From: an uncultured Gemmatimonadales bacterium
GTDB lineage: Bacteria; Gemmatimonadota; Gemmatimonadetes; Gemmatimonadales; Gemmatimonadaceae
Direction of reading: 5' to 3'
Assembly: GCA_963850905.1 (NCBI GenBank)
Contig: CAWKMU010000003.1
Coordinates: 2,880,001 to 2,944,000 of the forward strand
DNA length: 64,000 nt
The position numbers were made by a program, and so were the translations under genes. Under the pieces are notes generated by a model, which saw only the letters and a list, made by a program, of their open reading frames with translations, was not told where the DNA came from and searched no databases. Below, in pieces: positions 1-9,588 of this stretch (the stretch's first letter is position 1; every line of letters begins with the position of its first letter).

Positions 1-1
1 T

Positions 2-24
2 GTAGGGGCGGCCTTCAGGCCGCC
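2..24 (+). repeat. GTAG-type REP-like palindrome
   Basis: GTAG followed by hairpin GGGCGGCC-TTCA-GGCCGCCC; same architecture as the cluster at 51366-51456. Confidence 0.65.
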
Positions 25-78
25 CGCCCTCGTGTTTGCCGGTCGTCATCGTGTCGACGACTCTGACCTGGACCGGTG

Positions 79-687
79 TTACGGCTTCGGCGCGGTCAAT
101 CGCTTCTTGATACGATCCAGCTCCTGCGTCGAGTCACTGAGCGCAGTCAGCACCTTGTCCAGCGAGTCGCGCAAGTGCAGCACTTCCTCGCGGCTGCGAT
201 CGCGCGACGCCCCCGCGAGTCGGGCACTGTCGGCGCTGCGGAGTGCCGAATCGGCCTCGGTGCGCGCGGAGTCGGCCTTCGAGGCCGCCTGGACATTCTC
301 CTCGTGCAAGGTCACCAGGTCGGTGGCCGTTCGACGCAGAATATCGGCTTCGAGATCGTGCTCGTGGGGACCAGGACCATTGCTGTACGCAGTCAGCGCT
401 CGCATTGCCTCGGACGTGGAGTGCTGTTCGTTTCGCGGATCGAGCGTGAAGAGTGCGAGCCAGAACTGCGTCTCGTTGGCCTGAGGCGTATTGGGGTACC
501 GCATGGCGAATGCGATCAGCGCCGAATCAGCGGCGCTGTAGTGCCCCCCCACCGCCGCTTGTTGCGCGTACGTCAGCGTGACCGGCCACGCCGGCTGCGG
601 AACGGGGTGTTGAGACGTCGGTCGACCTGCGCAACTCAGCAACGCGTGGAGTGTGAGGAGCGAGGCGAGGCTGGTCCAACGCCTCAC
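79..687 (-). CDS. Putative lipoprotein with helical/coiled-coil C-terminus
   Basis: Signal peptide with lipobox LLSC; 4-nt overlap with the upstream kinase stop codon. Confidence 0.75.
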   Translation of the reverse strand: MRRWTSLASLLTLHALLSCAGRPTSQHPVPQPAWPVTLTYAQQAAVGGHYSAADSALIAFAMRYPNTPQANETQFWLALFTLDPRNEQHSTSEAMRALTAYSNGPGPHEHDLEADILRRTATDLVTLHEENVQAASKADSARTEADSALRSADSARLAGASRDRSREEVLHLRDSLDKVLTALSDSTQELDRIKKRLTAPKP

Positions 688-2198
688 ACGGCTGCCCTCG
701 CCTGGCTGGCGCCGCGCCGCAGGGCCGGCGATGGGACGGGGCGCACGCGTCGCGTTGGGAGCGCCTGTGGAAGCGTGATCGTGAACGTCGCGCCGGCTCC
801 TGGCCTGCTGTCGACCGTGATCGTGCCGCGGTGTGCCTCGACGATCGTCTTGGCGATCGCGAGACCCAGACCCGTGCCGTCGGCGGCCTCGGGCTGATTG
901 TCGGCGCGGTAGAACTTGTCGAAGATGCGTGGCAGCTGCTCCGGTGGAATGCCGGCGCCGGTGTCGTGCACCGCCAACTGCACCAAGTCGTCGGTGGCGC
1001 GCACCTGCAAACGGACCTGGCCCCCGCGGGGTGTGAACTTGAACGCGTTAGACAGCAAGTTCCCCATCACCTCGCTAATGCGGTCTCGATCCCATGTCAC
1101 GTGCACGGGCAGCTCCCGATCATGGCACACCGCGAACTCCACCGATCGCTGCATTGCCAGAACTCGGAACGATGCCTCCAGGTCCTTGAGAAATTCAACC
1201 AGTGCGAGCGGTCGCGGCTCGAGTTTCCCGCCGCCTGCTTCGAATCGACTCACGTCGAGCAGCTGCTTGACGAGTCGGCCGATGCTCACGCACTGCGCCT
1301 CGAGTGTTTGACAGATCTCGCGCTGCCGTTCCGATAGTGCGCCGTATGCGCCATCCTGCAAGAGCTGCAAGTAACCCAGTAGCACGTTGACCGGCGTTTT
1401 CAGCTCGTGCGACGCCACGGAGACGAACTCGGCCTTCAACCGATCGAGCTCGATAAGCTGTCGGGCCATCGTGTCATAGCTCGCCGCCAGGCGCCCGAAT
1501 TCGTCGTGCCGCCGAGGCGCAACCGATAGTCGGTGCGCGAAGTCGCCACTTGCCACCGCCGCCATCCCCGCCTCGAGATCCTCAACCGGCCCGCTGATCG
1601 AGTGCGTGAGCCAGATCGCGATGCCGGTGGCGAGGAGCGCCGCAAAGACCAGCACCGCCGCGGAGAATTGTCGCGCCTGTTCCGCCGCGTCTGCCGCGCC
1701 CGCCACTCGGTCTCGAGACCGCACGCGCAGCGATCCTTCGGCCGTGCCGATCCAATGCTCCATCTCGGAAATCGCCGGCCGCACGCCGTTCGCGGACAGA
1801 CTGTCGGCGCGTGCGCTCCGGCGCGCCAGGACGGCACCGTATTCTTGAGTCGCCACGGTCGCCACCGTTGCGACGACCTGACGGAGGTTACGGGCCGCGC
1901 TGTCGAGCTCGAACGACTCCAACGAGTCCGTCATGGCGCTAAGCACCGTGATCTGACGCGACATCCGACGCTCACTCGCCGAGTCGTGCACGAAGAGCAG
2001 CGCATCCTCAGCGCGACGGAGATCTTCAGTACTGACTCGAATACGACCCAGCAGTAGCGACGCCGCAAACTCCTTGTCACGGAGCGCAAGCGCTGACTGA
2101 TGGAGATCTTCGAGCGACCGCAGCGCCAGGCCAAGAGGGACAACGAGCACGACCGCGATGGCCAACAGACCCGCGGCCAACCTGGCCCGGAGCGTCAT
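684..2198 (-). CDS. HAMP-domain sensor histidine kinase
   Basis: Two TM segments, HAMP, H-box SHELKTP, N-box NLLSNAFKF, G-boxes DTGAGI and GTGLGL. Confidence 0.95.
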   Translation of the reverse strand: MTLRARLAAGLLAIAVVLVVPLGLALRSLEDLHQSALALRDKEFAASLLLGRIRVSTEDLRRAEDALLFVHDSASERRMSRQITVLSAMTDSLESFELDSAARNLRQVVATVATVATQEYGAVLARRSARADSLSANGVRPAISEMEHWIGTAEGSLRVRSRDRVAGAADAAEQARQFSAAVLVFAALLATGIAIWLTHSISGPVEDLEAGMAAVASGDFAHRLSVAPRRHDEFGRLAASYDTMARQLIELDRLKAEFVSVASHELKTPVNVLLGYLQLLQDGAYGALSERQREICQTLEAQCVSIGRLVKQLLDVSRFEAGGGKLEPRPLALVEFLKDLEASFRVLAMQRSVEFAVCHDRELPVHVTWDRDRISEVMGNLLSNAFKFTPRGGQVRLQVRATDDLVQLAVHDTGAGIPPEQLPRIFDKFYRADNQPEAADGTGLGLAIAKTIVEAHRGTITVDSRPGAGATFTITLPQALPTRRVRPVPSPALRRGASQARAAV

Positions 2199-2261
2199 AG
2201 CTGAACATTAACGCGCAGGACACTCGACCGTGAGACCATCTCCAAAGGTCCCCGACTTGCG

Positions 2262-2290
2262 TTGACACTGCTCCAGCTACGGTCTACCTT
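2262..2290 (+). promoter_or_regulatory. sigma70-type promoter of asnS
   Basis: TTGACA-17 nt-TACCTT upstream of ATG 2324. Confidence 0.6.
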
Positions 2291-2323
2291 GCCGCGCGAT
2301 CCAACTCTTTGACCTAGCGCATC

Positions 2324-3661
2324 ATGCCCACCGTGTCACCTCCCCCCACAACCCCGGTGCCGGCCGCGCCATCTGTCGCGATTCGAGAGCTCCCGCGGTA
2401 CATCGGGGAGCGTGTCCGGATCTCCGGATGGGTGGTGCACGTGAGGTCATCCGGCAAGGTCGCGTTCCTGGTGATGCGCGACGGACACGGCATCGTGCAA
2501 TGCGTCGTCGCCAAGGCCGAGGTCGGGCCTGAGGTCTGGGACCGGTTCGGCACCCTCACGCAGGAAACGTCGATCCAGCTCGAGGGGATTGTTCGCGCGG
2601 ACCCACGCGCCCCCGGCGGCCACGAGCTGGCGGTGCAAGATCTGCACGTGCTCGGCAGGAGCCCGATCGACTATCCGATCCAGCCAAAGGAACACGGCGT
2701 CGACTTCTTGCTCGATCACCGGCACCTCTGGCTCCGGAGCACCCGCCAGGCGGCGATCCTGCGGATCCGGAGCGAGATCGAGCAAGCCATCCAGGATTTT
2801 TTCTACGCGCGCGATTTCGTCCGCGTCGACACGCCGATCCTGACCGCCGCGATCGGTGAACGAAGCGGCCTGTTCTCGACAGAGTATTTCGACGAAGGGT
2901 CCGCGTATCTCGCGCAGACCGGGCAACTCTACGGAGAGGCCGCCGCCGCAGCCCTTGGGCGCATCTATACCTTCGGTCCGACCTTTCGAGCGGAGAAGTC
3001 GAAGACTCGGCGCCACCTGGCGGAGTTTTGGATGATCGAGCCAGAGGTAGCGTTTGCGGATTCAGCGGAGAATATGCGTCTCCAGGAGTCTCTGGTCATT
3101 TACTTGGTGGAGCGCGTGCTCGAGCGACACCGCCCGGAACTGGCCGAGCTCGAGCGGGACACGAAGAAGCTCGAGAGCGTTGTCGCGCCGTTCCCCCGTG
3201 TGGACTACGGCGACGCCGTCGCCACGTTGCAGCAACGCGGCAGTGCGATCAAGTGGGGGGACGACCTTGGTGCAGAGGATGAGACGCTGCTGGTGGCGGA
3301 TGCCGACCGGCCGATCTTCGTGTGCAACTATCCGAAGCAGGCCAAAGCCTTCTACATGAAGGAGAATCCCGCTGATCCCCGAACGGTACTGTGCGATGAC
3401 TGCCTGGCCCCCGAAGGGTACGGGGAAATCATCGGTGGATCACAGCGCGAAGATGATCACGACAGGCTGCGCCAGCGCATCATCGATGAGGGCCTCCCGC
3501 TCGACGCCTACGGCTGGTACCTGGACCTCCGTCGATACGGGACCTTCGTGCATTCCGGCTTCGGCATCGGACTCGAGCGAACGATCGCCTATATCTGCGG
3601 CCTCCCGCACGTGCGAGAGGCCATCCCGTTTGCTCGCATGATGAACCGGCTGCGACCCTGA
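2324..3661 (+). CDS. asnS: Asparagine--tRNA ligase
   Basis: OB-fold N-terminus, FRAEKSKTRRHLAEFWMIEPE, GEIIGGSQRE, HSGFGIGLER. Confidence 0.95.
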   Translation: MPTVSPPPTTPVPAAPSVAIRELPRYIGERVRISGWVVHVRSSGKVAFLVMRDGHGIVQCVVAKAEVGPEVWDRFGTLTQETSIQLEGIVRADPRAPGGHELAVQDLHVLGRSPIDYPIQPKEHGVDFLLDHRHLWLRSTRQAAILRIRSEIEQAIQDFFYARDFVRVDTPILTAAIGERSGLFSTEYFDEGSAYLAQTGQLYGEAAAAALGRIYTFGPTFRAEKSKTRRHLAEFWMIEPEVAFADSAENMRLQESLVIYLVERVLERHRPELAELERDTKKLESVVAPFPRVDYGDAVATLQQRGSAIKWGDDLGAEDETLLVADADRPIFVCNYPKQAKAFYMKENPADPRTVLCDDCLAPEGYGEIIGGSQREDDHDRLRQRIIDEGLPLDAYGWYLDLRRYGTFVHSGFGIGLERTIAYICGLPHVREAIPFARMMNRLRP

Positions 3662-3751
3662 GCCGTTCTAACCAAGCATACGCGCGGGCTCTGGCTTGGT
3701 CGCGCGCCGCGGCAGTCGCGCACATTGACGCGTCAGCCCGCCCCTCGCCGA

Positions 3752-4549
3752 TCATGGCGTTGGCGCGTCCTCGCCTGCTTTCACTTCGTCCCACAGCGCA
3801 TCGAGCACCGCGAGCGGCGCCTGACCGATCACCAGCCCTCGTTCCCGCGCGAGGCGCTCGACGGCTTGAAACCGCCGGGCGAACTTCTTGTTCGATCGAT
3901 CCAGCGCCACCGCGGCATGTACGCCGGATTTGCGACATAAGTTGACGCACGAAAACAGCAGATCGCCGAGCTCCTCGCTCAACTGCTCGTGTGCGGGACC
4001 GCCCTCGGGCGCACCACTCACCGCCAGGATCGGCGGATGGTCCCGAATTGAGTCTCTGACCTCCTGCAGCTCCTCGGCGACCTTGTCGAGCGGGCCTTCC
4101 GTTGATGGCCAATCGAAGCCGACACCGGCGGCGCGCTCTTGGAGCCGGTGGGCGCGCAACAACGGCGGGAGCTGCGTGGGCAGCCCGTCGACGATCGAGG
4201 TGCGCCGCTTCGCTTTCATGCGCTCCCACGGCTCTTTCGCCCCTTCGCCGTAGAGATGTGGGTGCCGGCCCTTCATCTTGGTGACCAACCCGCGCGGCAC
4301 GTCACCGGCTTCGAACCCGCCGCGCTCCTCTGCCAGGACGGCGTGAAAGAGCACCTGCAGCAACAGATCGCCCAGCTCCTCGCGAAGCAGCCGGTCGTCT
4401 CCCGACCGGATGGCCTCGTCCACTTCGTGCGCCTCCTCGATGAGGTACGGACGCAGCGACTCGTGAGTCTGAGCAGCGTCCCAATCGCAGCGGACGCGCA
4501 GATCGCGCATGAGCGCCAGCGCGTCGTCGAAGGGCGAGGGCGTCGACAT
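3752..4549 (-). CDS. mazG: Nucleoside triphosphate pyrophosphohydrolase MazG
   Basis: CDWDAAQTHESLRPYLIEEAHE, two EELGDLL motifs, GFDW; start chosen at ATG 4549. Confidence 0.92.
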   Translation of the reverse strand: MSTPSPFDDALALMRDLRVRCDWDAAQTHESLRPYLIEEAHEVDEAIRSGDDRLLREELGDLLLQVLFHAVLAEERGGFEAGDVPRGLVTKMKGRHPHLYGEGAKEPWERMKAKRRTSIVDGLPTQLPPLLRAHRLQERAAGVGFDWPSTEGPLDKVAEELQEVRDSIRDHPPILAVSGAPEGGPAHEQLSEELGDLLFSCVNLCRKSGVHAAVALDRSNKKFARRFQAVERLARERGLVIGQAPLAVLDALWDEVKAGEDAPTP

Positions 4550-4583
4550 GGGCGTGCCATATACTATCTCGCGACCGTGCGCG

Positions 4584-5810
4584 ATGCTACGCGACACTGA
4601 GCGTCTCCGCGCATGGGTCGAGGTCGACCTCGAGGCGCTCACGCGCAACGCACGCGCCGTCGCCGAGCGAGCTGGAGTCCCGATCTTGCCCATGGTCAAG
4701 GCAGACGCGTACGGGTTGGGAGCGCTGCCGGTCGTGCGCGCGCTCGAACGCGTCGATCCCTGGGGCTATGGCGTGGCGACGGTCGACGAGGGCAGGGCGT
4801 TGCGCAGGGCTGGCGTGGCGCGGCCGATCGTCGTCTTCAATCCGTTGCTCGATTCGGAGATTGCCGTCGCGCATGCCGAGCACCTCTCTCCCGTGCTCAG
4901 CGACGCGACGATCATCGCCCGATGGGCGTCGGCGAGCGGCAATGCGCCGTGGCACCTGTCGATCGACACCGGGATGAGCCGCTCCGGTATTCCGTGGTCC
5001 ATCGTAGGCGACCTCGGAGCGCTGCTCGCGCAGCATCCGCCACTCGGCGCGTGCACACACTTTCACAGTGCTGATGCGGATGACGGCTCCGACCGGCTGC
5101 AACGCGACCGGTTCCGCCAGGCGCTCGGTGCGTTGCCCGTTCGGCCGGACGTCGTGCACGCGGAGAACAGCCCCGCGATCGAGCGGATCGTCGACGGCTC
5201 CGTCTGGACGGTGGTGCGCCCCGGCGTATTCCTGTATGGCGTCGAGAGCCGCGACTACGCGAGCGGAAGGGAGTCCACGTCGCTCGAGCCGCGCCACGAC
5301 CCTCCAGCGGCGGCCCGGCCGCCCCACGGTCAGGGTGGCGCTACGCCCCTCCGGAGCCAGGCGGTCGTCGCCCTGCGCGCACGCATCGTGGAGCTCCGGT
5401 GGATTGAACCGGGGGCGGGGGTCAGCTACGGTTCGACGTTTCGGGCGACCGAGCGTCGGCGGATCGCTACGCTGGCTGTGGGGTACGCTGACGGTTACCG
5501 CCGAGCATTCAGCAACGTTGGCCGCGCCCTGGTACGCGGCCAACGCGCACGCGTGGTCGGCGTCGTCACAATGGATATGACCATGCTGGATGTCACAGGA
5601 ATTGACTGCGCCATCGGGGATGTGGCGACCCTGCTCGGCGGCGATCTGGCCGCCCGAGAACAAGAGGGTGGCCCGATCGGCGGTTGTGGCTCGGGCCACG
5701 CGATCGACATCGCCGAGGCGGCACGCGCCGCCGGCTTGTGCGTGTACGAACTGCTCACCGGACTCCGTTTGCGCGCACCTCGCGTGTACCTGGACTGCGC
5801 GCCCAGATAG
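4584..5810 (+). CDS. alr: Alanine racemase
   Basis: PLP lysine motif MVKADAYGLG, DTGMSRSG, GVSYG, GYADG, MDMTM. Confidence 0.93.
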   Translation: MLRDTERLRAWVEVDLEALTRNARAVAERAGVPILPMVKADAYGLGALPVVRALERVDPWGYGVATVDEGRALRRAGVARPIVVFNPLLDSEIAVAHAEHLSPVLSDATIIARWASASGNAPWHLSIDTGMSRSGIPWSIVGDLGALLAQHPPLGACTHFHSADADDGSDRLQRDRFRQALGALPVRPDVVHAENSPAIERIVDGSVWTVVRPGVFLYGVESRDYASGRESTSLEPRHDPPAAARPPHGQGGATPLRSQAVVALRARIVELRWIEPGAGVSYGSTFRATERRRIATLAVGYADGYRRAFSNVGRALVRGQRARVVGVVTMDMTMLDVTGIDCAIGDVATLLGGDLAAREQEGGPIGGCGSGHAIDIAEAARAAGLCVYELLTGLRLRAPRVYLDCAPR

Positions 5811-5820
5811 ATTTTCGCCC

Positions 5821-7137
5821 GTGTATCGACATCGACTCTACTCGTTCGCGGTCGCAGCCGCGGTATGCGCCGTTGCGGCGGCCTGCTCGGAAACCCTTCC
5901 GGAAGGGCGCGCCTGTCCTGCGCTCTGCCCCAATCAGAGCATCCCGGTCGCCGACACGACGATCGACGGCCTCACCGCGATGGCTGTGGATACGACCATC
6001 GCCGGCTATCCGCTGCTTGGCACGGAGCCCGAGTTGCTCGTGGCCGCAAGCGGGGACACGATCGACGTGCGCACGATCGTGCGGTTCGACTCCGTCCCCT
6101 TCCAATACCGCCCGATAGCGAGCGATACCCTCCAACCCGCGACGCAGGTCTTCAATGCGTACCTTCGGCTCGTTTTTGATACGTTGAGCTTCCGCCCGCG
6201 GGGAACCACCGCAGGCGAGCCGACGCTGGCGGTGTACGACGTCGATACGGTGGGCTCGGACACGTCCGTCGGCGTCTTGGCCTCACTCTTCCGGCCAGAT
6301 CGCCTGTTGGCATCCCAGGCGATCGGGATCGGCGAGGACTCCATCAGGATCCCGCTGGATACGGCAAAGGTCAGAGCGCACGTGACCGGGGACCACAACA
6401 TTCGCATCGGGCTTCGGCTGACCCACATCGGAGTCGGGCTCGCGAATGGCCGACTGAACATTCTGAACGCGAGCAGCGGCACGCCACCGGTCTTCTCGTA
6501 CGAGGCCGATACGGACACCGTGACGGTGACGCCGTTCACGTCTGTGGCTCGATCGACGACGCCGGTCAACGACTCGGCGCTCGCGCAGCGGCTGTTGAAC
6601 TATCCGTTGATCGTGGCAGGCACGTCACCGCCAGTGGGCCAGCATCTCGACATCGGCGGGATACCTGCCCGTCGTACATTCGTTCGATTCGTGCTGCCGA
6701 CGAAGATCATCGACTCTGCCACGGTCGTGCGGGCGACGCTGACGTTGCACCTCATCCCCAACAGCCTACGCGCATTTTTCGCGTCCCCACCCGACTCGAT
6801 GGGCGTGCTGGCGGCGGGAATCGTATCGACGCCGGCTGTGACGGACCCCGGACATGCGGCCGGTTTCAATGCGCCGTCCACGGTGATCGGGATCGACACG
6901 TCGTACTTCGGGCTCCAGTACCCGGACTCCATCAATGTGGAATTCGTGAATGCCGCACGCCACTGGAAGGGCCGCGCCGCGGACACCGTGAGTCGCGCCA
7001 TCGTGCTCATGGGCACCGACGAGGGGGCGACCCCGCTCGTCGCGAGCTTCTATCCCGCACTGCCGTCAGTCCCCTTTGCCCTCCGTCCCCACGTGCATCT
7101 CGCATACGTCAACACTCTGGGGTACGGGCTGCCATGA
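5821..7137 (+). CDS. Hypothetical beta-rich lipoprotein
   Basis: Lipobox VAAAC after a hydrophobic stretch; T/D/V-rich; start uncertain (GTG 5821). Confidence 0.7.
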   Translation: MYRHRLYSFAVAAAVCAVAAACSETLPEGRACPALCPNQSIPVADTTIDGLTAMAVDTTIAGYPLLGTEPELLVAASGDTIDVRTIVRFDSVPFQYRPIASDTLQPATQVFNAYLRLVFDTLSFRPRGTTAGEPTLAVYDVDTVGSDTSVGVLASLFRPDRLLASQAIGIGEDSIRIPLDTAKVRAHVTGDHNIRIGLRLTHIGVGLANGRLNILNASSGTPPVFSYEADTDTVTVTPFTSVARSTTPVNDSALAQRLLNYPLIVAGTSPPVGQHLDIGGIPARRTFVRFVLPTKIIDSATVVRATLTLHLIPNSLRAFFASPPDSMGVLAAGIVSTPAVTDPGHAAGFNAPSTVIGIDTSYFGLQYPDSINVEFVNAARHWKGRAADTVSRAIVLMGTDEGATPLVASFYPALPSVPFALRPHVHLAYVNTLGYGLP

Positions 7138-8336
7138 CGACGACACACGTGATCGCCGGCGCCGTCCGGGCGCTCGGTCGCGCGGCGGCCACGGCCGCCA
7201 TCGCGCTCGCACCGGTGTTCTTGCTGGCCGTTCATGCCTCACCCCTTCGAGCCCAGGGCAATCTGAGCACGCAAGGATTCGGGTATCCGACGGGGCAGCT
7301 CAGCACGGCGTCCCTTGGGGCAGGCGGCGGCCTCGGAGAGTTCGACCCCGAGTCCGGCCTCAACCCGGCGGCCATCGCATCGTTGACCCGACCAATGATC
7401 CATCTGCAGCTGGATCCGGAGTTTCGATCGGTCAGCACGCCGGCGGGCACCGACCATACCACGACGATGCGGTTCCCTTTGCTGGCCGCCGGGTTGCCAA
7501 TCTCGTCGAGCTTCGTACTCGGTCTGTCGTTTTCCGGGCTGCTCGACCGGACGTGGGAATCGAGCCAGACGGGATTGACCGCCGTTGGTGATACCTCGAT
7601 CCTGTCGACGCAAACATTCAAGGTGACGGGGGGCATCGAGGATCTGCAGGTGGATGGCGCGTGGACGCCGTTCACTGGCCTGCGTGTCGGCGTCGGGCTG
7701 CACGCGTACACGGGACAGAACCAGATCCTGGTCGAGCGCGAGTTCCCGGACACGGCCGTGGTCAAAGCGCTCGCGTATTCGGAGAGCAGCACGATCAATT
7801 ACCTGGGTGAGGGCATTTCCATCGGCATCGATGCGCGGCCGTCCCCCTTGTTCGCGATCGCGGCGTCGGCGGAGGTCGGTGGTACGCTTCGCGCGCACCG
7901 GAACGACACCCTGTTGTCGAAGGGAAGCGTGCCCCCCCGCGTAGGGGCAAGCATTCGCTACGATGGAGTCGCCGGCCTCACGCTGGCCGCGCGGGGTGAG
8001 TGGCAGGGATGGTCGCAGCTGGGGGGGCTCGGATCGCCGATCGCCTCGCCCCACGACGCCTGGGACTTTGGGGGTGGCGCCGAGATCGTCGGGCCGAAAG
8101 TCGCGCAGCGGGGCGTGGTGCTCCGGATCGGCGCCGAAACGCGCACCTTGCCGTTCTTGGCGGACGGGGCCGTCGTACGCGAGAATGACATTACTGGCGG
8201 CTTGGGTATACCCTTAGGAGGGTTGCAGCGGGCGGCGATCGATCTGGCCGTGCGCCGGGCGCTGCGCACGACGCCGGTCCTGGGTATCTCGGAGGATGCG
8301 TGGATGTTGAGTCTGGGGGTCACCGTCAGACCCTAG
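7134..8336 (+). CDS. Putative outer-membrane beta-barrel protein (FadL/P1-like)
   Basis: Signal peptide, LGAGG...NPAA N-terminal motif, alternating beta strands, C-terminal WMLSLGVTVRP. Confidence 0.7.
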   Translation: MTTTHVIAGAVRALGRAAATAAIALAPVFLLAVHASPLRAQGNLSTQGFGYPTGQLSTASLGAGGGLGEFDPESGLNPAAIASLTRPMIHLQLDPEFRSVSTPAGTDHTTTMRFPLLAAGLPISSSFVLGLSFSGLLDRTWESSQTGLTAVGDTSILSTQTFKVTGGIEDLQVDGAWTPFTGLRVGVGLHAYTGQNQILVEREFPDTAVVKALAYSESSTINYLGEGISIGIDARPSPLFAIAASAEVGGTLRAHRNDTLLSKGSVPPRVGASIRYDGVAGLTLAARGEWQGWSQLGGLGSPIASPHDAWDFGGGAEIVGPKVAQRGVVLRIGAETRTLPFLADGAVVRENDITGGLGIPLGGLQRAAIDLAVRRALRTTPVLGISEDAWMLSLGVTVRP

Positions 8337-9556
8337 GTGGCGCCCTCGTTGCTCCGCGCCCCGCGGGGACCGCCGCCGAGCCGGCCGGCCCGCCAGGCGG
8401 CGCCCTGATCCTCGTGGCCGACGACGTGCCGGCCAATGTCGAGTTGCTGTTCGATCAACTGCACGCGCTAGGCTACCGGACGGTTGCAGCAGAGGACGGC
8501 CCGTCGGCGCTCACCGTTGCGGCACGCTACCAGCCCGATCTCTGCATCCTCGACGTCTCGATGCCTGCGGGTGACTTGGGCTGCGAGGATCGAGCGACGG
8601 GGTTCGAGGTGTGTCGGCGGATCAAGCGCGACCCACGGACGGCTCGGATTCCCGTCGTCTTCGTGACAGCGCTCAACGACACGTCAGACAGGGTCCGCGC
8701 GATCGAAGCTGGCGGCGATGATTTTCTCACTAAGCCGCACAACCGCCTTGTCCTTGGCGCCCGCGTCCGAAGCCTGCTCAAGCTCAAAGCGGCGACCGAC
8801 GCGCTCGAAGACAGCTTCCGCAAGCTGCGCGAGCTCGAAAAGGTCCGGGATGATCTCCTCAAAATGATCGTGCACGACCTCAAGACGCCGCTCACCTCGG
8901 TGCTCGCCACCCTCGAATTGTTGCTCGATGGCGACTTCGGTCCGCTGGCCGCCACGCAGCAACAGGTCATCGCGGACGCTGAAGGCAAGGCCGAGGACCT
9001 GCTTCGGCTCATCGAGGACCTGCTCGAGATCTCGAAACTCGAGGAAGCCGAGCTCCCCCTGTCGCTCGAGCAGATCGCGCCCGCCGCACTGTTGGCTGAG
9101 GTACGTCATGAGTGGGCCGTCCGCTTTCAACAGGAGGGGACGGTGGCGACGATCGAGGTTGCGGAAGACACGCCGACGTTCGAGGCGGACAAGGCCCTGG
9201 TCAAGCGGGTATTCGCCAACCTGATCCAGAATGCCATCACGCATTCGCCGTACGCGGTCACACTCCGGTTTAGTGCTCGGCGTGACGCGTCCGGCGTCCT
9301 GTTCACGGTGGCAGACAACGGGCCCGGCATCCCGCCGGAATACCACGAGGTGATTTTCCGCAAATTCGAGCAGGTGCGGGCGCTGCACGCGCCGCGCGTG
9401 CGCAGTTCGGGGTTGGGGCTCGCTTTCTGCCGACTGGTCGTCGAACGCCACGGAGGCCACATCTGGGTGCAGAGCAGTGGAGGGACTGGGAGCGCGTTCC
9501 ATTTCCTGTTGCCGACGCAGACGCACACAGCGGAAATGCCGGCCATGACGGCGTGA
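8300..9556 (+). CDS. Cytoplasmic hybrid response regulator-histidine kinase (REC-HisKA-HATPase)
   Basis: ILVADD...LDVSMP...FLTKP; HDLKTP; NLIQNA; DNGPGI; GLGL; start uncertain. Confidence 0.9.
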   Translation: MDVESGGHRQTLGGALVAPRPAGTAAEPAGPPGGALILVADDVPANVELLFDQLHALGYRTVAAEDGPSALTVAARYQPDLCILDVSMPAGDLGCEDRATGFEVCRRIKRDPRTARIPVVFVTALNDTSDRVRAIEAGGDDFLTKPHNRLVLGARVRSLLKLKAATDALEDSFRKLRELEKVRDDLLKMIVHDLKTPLTSVLATLELLLDGDFGPLAATQQQVIADAEGKAEDLLRLIEDLLEISKLEEAELPLSLEQIAPAALLAEVRHEWAVRFQQEGTVATIEVAEDTPTFEADKALVKRVFANLIQNAITHSPYAVTLRFSARRDASGVLFTVADNGPGIPPEYHEVIFRKFEQVRALHAPRVRSSGLGLAFCRLVVERHGGHIWVQSSGGTGSAFHFLLPTQTHTAEMPAMTA

Positions 9557-9588
9557 CCGGGCTCGACCCGACAGTTACATTAGCGCTG

